Assembly (NCBI GenBank): GCA_963796955.1
Contig: CAWCNJ010000002.1
Coordinates: forward strand, 1 to 64,000
DNA from: Endomicrobiales bacterium
Lineage (GTDB): Bacteria; Elusimicrobiota; Endomicrobiia; Endomicrobiales; JALOBY01
DNA: 64,000 nucleotides
Direction of reading: 5' to 3'
The notes below the pieces were generated by a model that was given only the letters and a program-made list of their open reading frames with translations, searched no databases and was not told the DNA's origin. Both the position numbers and the translations under genes were made by a program. Below, one piece after another: positions 60,918-64,000 of this stretch; the stretch's first letter is position 1, and the number at the start of each line of letters is the position of its first letter.

Positions 60918-61672
60918 AAATAGTTTATGCTGCCGGTCTCTGCGGAGGCCGAGACCTCTCCCACAAAAACGCGTTCCAGCTCGCCTTCTTTTGTCTGCCA
61001 ATCCTTCTGCTCCATAACCCTGGTAAGACTGCCTTTCACCAGAATGCCGACGCGGTCGCACAGCCGCTCTACCTCCGAGATCATGTGCGATGAAAGGAAG
61101 ACCGTTTTACCGCGTTCCTTTAAAGCGGCTATCAGGGCGCGCATCTGCTGGATCGCCAGGGGGTCAAGGCCGCTGACGGGCTCGTCGTAAATGAGTATGT
61201 CGGGGTCATGCAGCAGGCTCTGTGCAAGGCCCACACGCTGCAGCATACCCTTTGAAAACGTCGACAGGCGGCTTTCAGCGCGCTCACTCAGCCCGACCGT
61301 TTTAAGCATCGCATCAACACGTGCATGAACGTTTTCGATCCCGGAAAGTTCGCCGTACAGGGTCAATATCTCGCGGGCGGTAAGGTAACGGTAGAAAGAA
61401 GGCACTTCCGGCAGGTAACCGATGCGGCGCAGAACATCATTAGATGGAACAGGCCTGTCAAAAACCCGCACCGCTCCTTGCGTGGTCTTTAACAGGCCCA
61501 GTATTAATTTTATCGTTGTCGTTTTTCCCGATCCGTTAAGGCCCAAAAGGCCGAACACCTCGCCCCGGCGGATCGTAAGCGATATATCTTGCACACCCCG
61601 GCTTTCGATCGTCTTACCAAGATGCGATCTGCGATATACTTTGGTAAGGTTTTGCAGCTCTATCGCGTTCAT
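60914..61672 (-). CDS. ABC transporter ATP-binding protein (PilH-like)
   Basis: GLNGSGKTT, FSKGMLQR, DEPVSGLDP, SSH. Confidence 0.95.
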   Translation of the reverse strand: MNAIELQNLTKVYRRSHLGKTIESRGVQDISLTIRRGEVFGLLGLNGSGKTTTIKLILGLLKTTQGAVRVFDRPVPSNDVLRRIGYLPEVPSFYRYLTAREILTLYGELSGIENVHARVDAMLKTVGLSERAESRLSTFSKGMLQRVGLAQSLLHDPDILIYDEPVSGLDPLAIQQMRALIAALKERGKTVFLSSHMISEVERLCDRVGILVKGSLTRVMEQKDWQTKEGELERVFVGEVSASAETGSINYL

Positions 61673-63250
61673 AGGGTAACAGGGCGCACATCCGTAACTC
61701 CGGAAAGCGCGGCTATTTGTTTGGTAACCTCTGGTGACGCTGCGGCGTCAATGTTTATTATGGTCGTTGCTTCTCCGCCCACATCCTTGCGGCCAACCTG
61801 CATGCCGGCGATATTTATGTTGTTCTTTCCGAGCACCGTGCCGATCTGGCCTATGATGCCGGGGCGGTCTATGTTCTTCAGCACCAGCAGATTTCCGCTC
61901 AGAGTAAGGTCTACGGTAACATCATTTATGCGCACCAGCCGCGGATACGTATGGCCGAATATGGTGCCGGCAACTACCACCGGCCCCTGATCTGTCTTGA
62001 TCGTAGCAGTTATAAGGCCTGTGTATTCTTCAGCCTGCTCGGTCTTTGACTCGATCACTTTAATGCCGCGTTCCTTGGCAAGATGCATCGCGTTGACAAA
62101 GTTCACCTTGGTGCTCAGCATCGGGGTCAGAAGGCCGCGGATAAAAGCGACCATCAGCGGCTGCGTCGTGTATTTGGCGATGGAACCCGCGTACTCTATC
62201 TCCACTTCGGTAACGCCGCCCTTCAGTAACTGGCTTTGGAACGTGCCCAGTTTATCGGCGAGGTTAATATAGGGTTCTATCTGTTTATACGTATCCCAAT
62301 CGAGGGTCGGCACGTTCACGGCGTTGCGGATCAGGCTTTTCGTGAAGTAATCTATCACGACATCGCTCAGTTCCTGCGCTATCTTGACCTGGGCTTCCTC
62401 CGTGGAAGCAGCCAGATGCGGCGTGCAGACGACACCTTCGGTCTCGATAAGCGTGAAATCAACCGGCGGCTCCTTGGCGAACACGTCGAAAGCGGCGCCC
62501 TTGACCTGACCGGACTTTATCGCCTCCGAAAGTGCTTTTTCATCCACGATCCCGCCGCGGGCGCAGTTAACGATGCGTACGCCCTTTTTCATCTTCTTTA
62601 TCGCTTCGGCGTTTATCATATTGCGGGTAGAATCATTCAGCGGAGAATGGATGGAAATATAATCCGCGTTGGCATAGACCTCTTCCAGCGTGGCAAGTTT
62701 TATACCCAGGCTTTCCACCAGGTCTTTTGGAGACGAACGGGTCATAGACGATCACGCTCATACCGAAGGATTGCATACGGTGCGCAACTTCCTTGCCTAT
62801 GCGGCCGAAGCCCACCAGGCCCAGCACTTTGCCGTACATTTCCGTGCCGGTGAATATGTCGCGCTTCCATTGTTTCGCTTTCAGCAAACCGTAGGCCTGC
62901 GGTATGTTGCGGGCCAGGCTCAGCATAAGGCCCACCGTGTGCTCGGCGGCCGATATGGTGTTACCGCCCGGCACGTTCGCCACCACGATACCCTGCTGGG
63001 TGGCAGATGGAATATCGACGTTATCAACGCCGGTACCCGCGCGGCCGATGAACTTCAACTTTTTTCCGGCAGCGATTATGTCCGGTGTGACCTTTACTTC
63101 AGAACGGATCATCAAGCCGTCGTAATCCGCGATAAGTTCTTTGAACTTTTCGGGTGTCGGTTTGTTGTGTATCTCAACTTTGAATTCCTTGTTGTTCAAC
63201 AAGGTTTCCATACCCTCGGTATTATTATAGGTCATCAATATTTTATACAT
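61669..63250 (-). CDS. serA: D-3-phosphoglycerate dehydrogenase (long form with ACT), split by one extra A at ~62726
   Basis: [52 protein letters not shown]: removing one A joins the ORFs. Confidence 0.95.
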
Positions 63251-63253
63251 TCG

Positions 63254-64000
63254 TTATCCTTTAATGAGTTCGGCTTCCGCGGCCGCTACGGCTTTCCCTT
63301 TTTCCAGCTTATAACCCAGGCGTTCCAGGGTCATTTCAAGACAGGCGAAACCGACCAGTACATCAGCCTTGCCGATATAACCCATGTGCGCGAACCGGAT
63401 TATTTTGCCTTTCAAAGCGCCCTGCCCGCCGGCGATAGAGACACCGTATTCCTCACGCAGCATCTTTACTATCTTGCCGCCTTCAACTCCCTGCGGCACC
63501 AGCGCGCTGGTGACCACATCGCAGGCTTTATCACCGTACAGTTCAAGACCGATCGCCTTCATGCCGGCGCGGGTCGCGCGGGCTAGCAGCTTACATTCGG
63601 CCTGCACGTTCTCAAGACCCTTTGCCTTGATCATCTTTATGGCTTCCTGCAGGGCAACGATCAATGTTACCGGCGGCGTGAACGGTGTTTCTTTTGTCGC
63701 CAGGTTCTTTTTCATCTTGCGCCAGTCGAAATAGAACCGGGGCAGTTTAGCCGCTTCCACCAATGCCCAGGCTTTAGCGCTCGCCGAAGCGAATGCAAGG
63801 CCGGGCGCCAGCATCATGCCCTTTTGGGAACCGGAGACCACCACGTCAACCTTCCAATCATCCGTCTTAAGCTCCTGACCGACGAGGCCGGAGATAGCGT
63901 CCACCACCAGAACGGCAGGTGTCGCCGCAACTATCGCGCCTATCTTTTCAATATCATTAACGACACCGGTCGAGGTTTCAGTATGGGTCGTAAAGACCGC
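63254..64000 (-). CDS. Class V PLP aminotransferase (alanine-glyoxylate/phosphoserine type), 5' end outside window
   Basis: ETSTGV, VDAISG, SGSQKGMMLAPGL, TPFTP, AGGQ, HMG. Confidence 0.93.
   Translation of the reverse strand, partial: AVFTTHTETSTGVVNDIEKIGAIVAATPAVLVVDAISGLVGQELKTDDWKVDVVVSGSQKGMMLAPGLAFASASAKAWALVEAAKLPRFYFDWRKMKKNLATKETPFTPPVTLIVALQEAIKMIKAKGLENVQAECKLLARATRAGMKAIGLELYGDKACDVVTSALVPQGVEGGKIVKMLREEYGVSIAGGQGALKGKIIRFAHMGYIGKADVLVGFACLEMTLERLGYKLEKGKAVAAAEAELIKG

Noticed and set aside
62700..62750. Programmed ribosomal frameshift in serA (and the other split genes)
   Set aside because: No canonical slippery heptamer with a stimulatory structure; the homopolymer indel pattern is shared by four unrelated genes.

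Overview
64 kb of a bacterial chromosome, roughly 50% GC. Every credible gene is on the minus strand. Gene style is suggestive of Elusimicrobiota, but that is an impression only. (1) Positions 1-15743 hold the 5' part of a giant secreted-protein gene (>5,200 aa, running off the left edge and missed by the ORF track). It is built from at least 9 tandem ~590-aa modules, each FN3-like + seven FG-GAP repeats + FN3-like. (2) 16-23.5 kb: tRNA-Phe, a YtxH-like pair, and a glycosyltransferase/O-antigen-ligase/nth/ferredoxin run whose intergenic gaps are filled by a modular GTGGAC repeat element, then tRNA-Asp and tRNA-Val. (3) 23.5-53.5 kb: a 30-kb nucleotide-biosynthesis supercluster (pur, pyr, car, gua, dcd, thyX, class II nrdJ, nrdR) with tandem promoters overlapped by NrdR-box-like sites. 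(4) tRNA-Glu flanked by interrupted and degenerate partial copies of itself, then tRNA-Lys. (5) A Fur-box-preceded fur operon with two small ORFs and a MASE3-PAS protein lacking an output domain, a 49-aa DUF5679-like gene, GNAT, M42 and M48 peptidases, a PilGHI/Xap-like ABC trio, serA and a class V aminotransferase. Four single-base frameshifts, all in short homopolymers, most likely reflect assembly error. No CRISPR-Cas, transposase, integrase or reverse transcriptase was seen.
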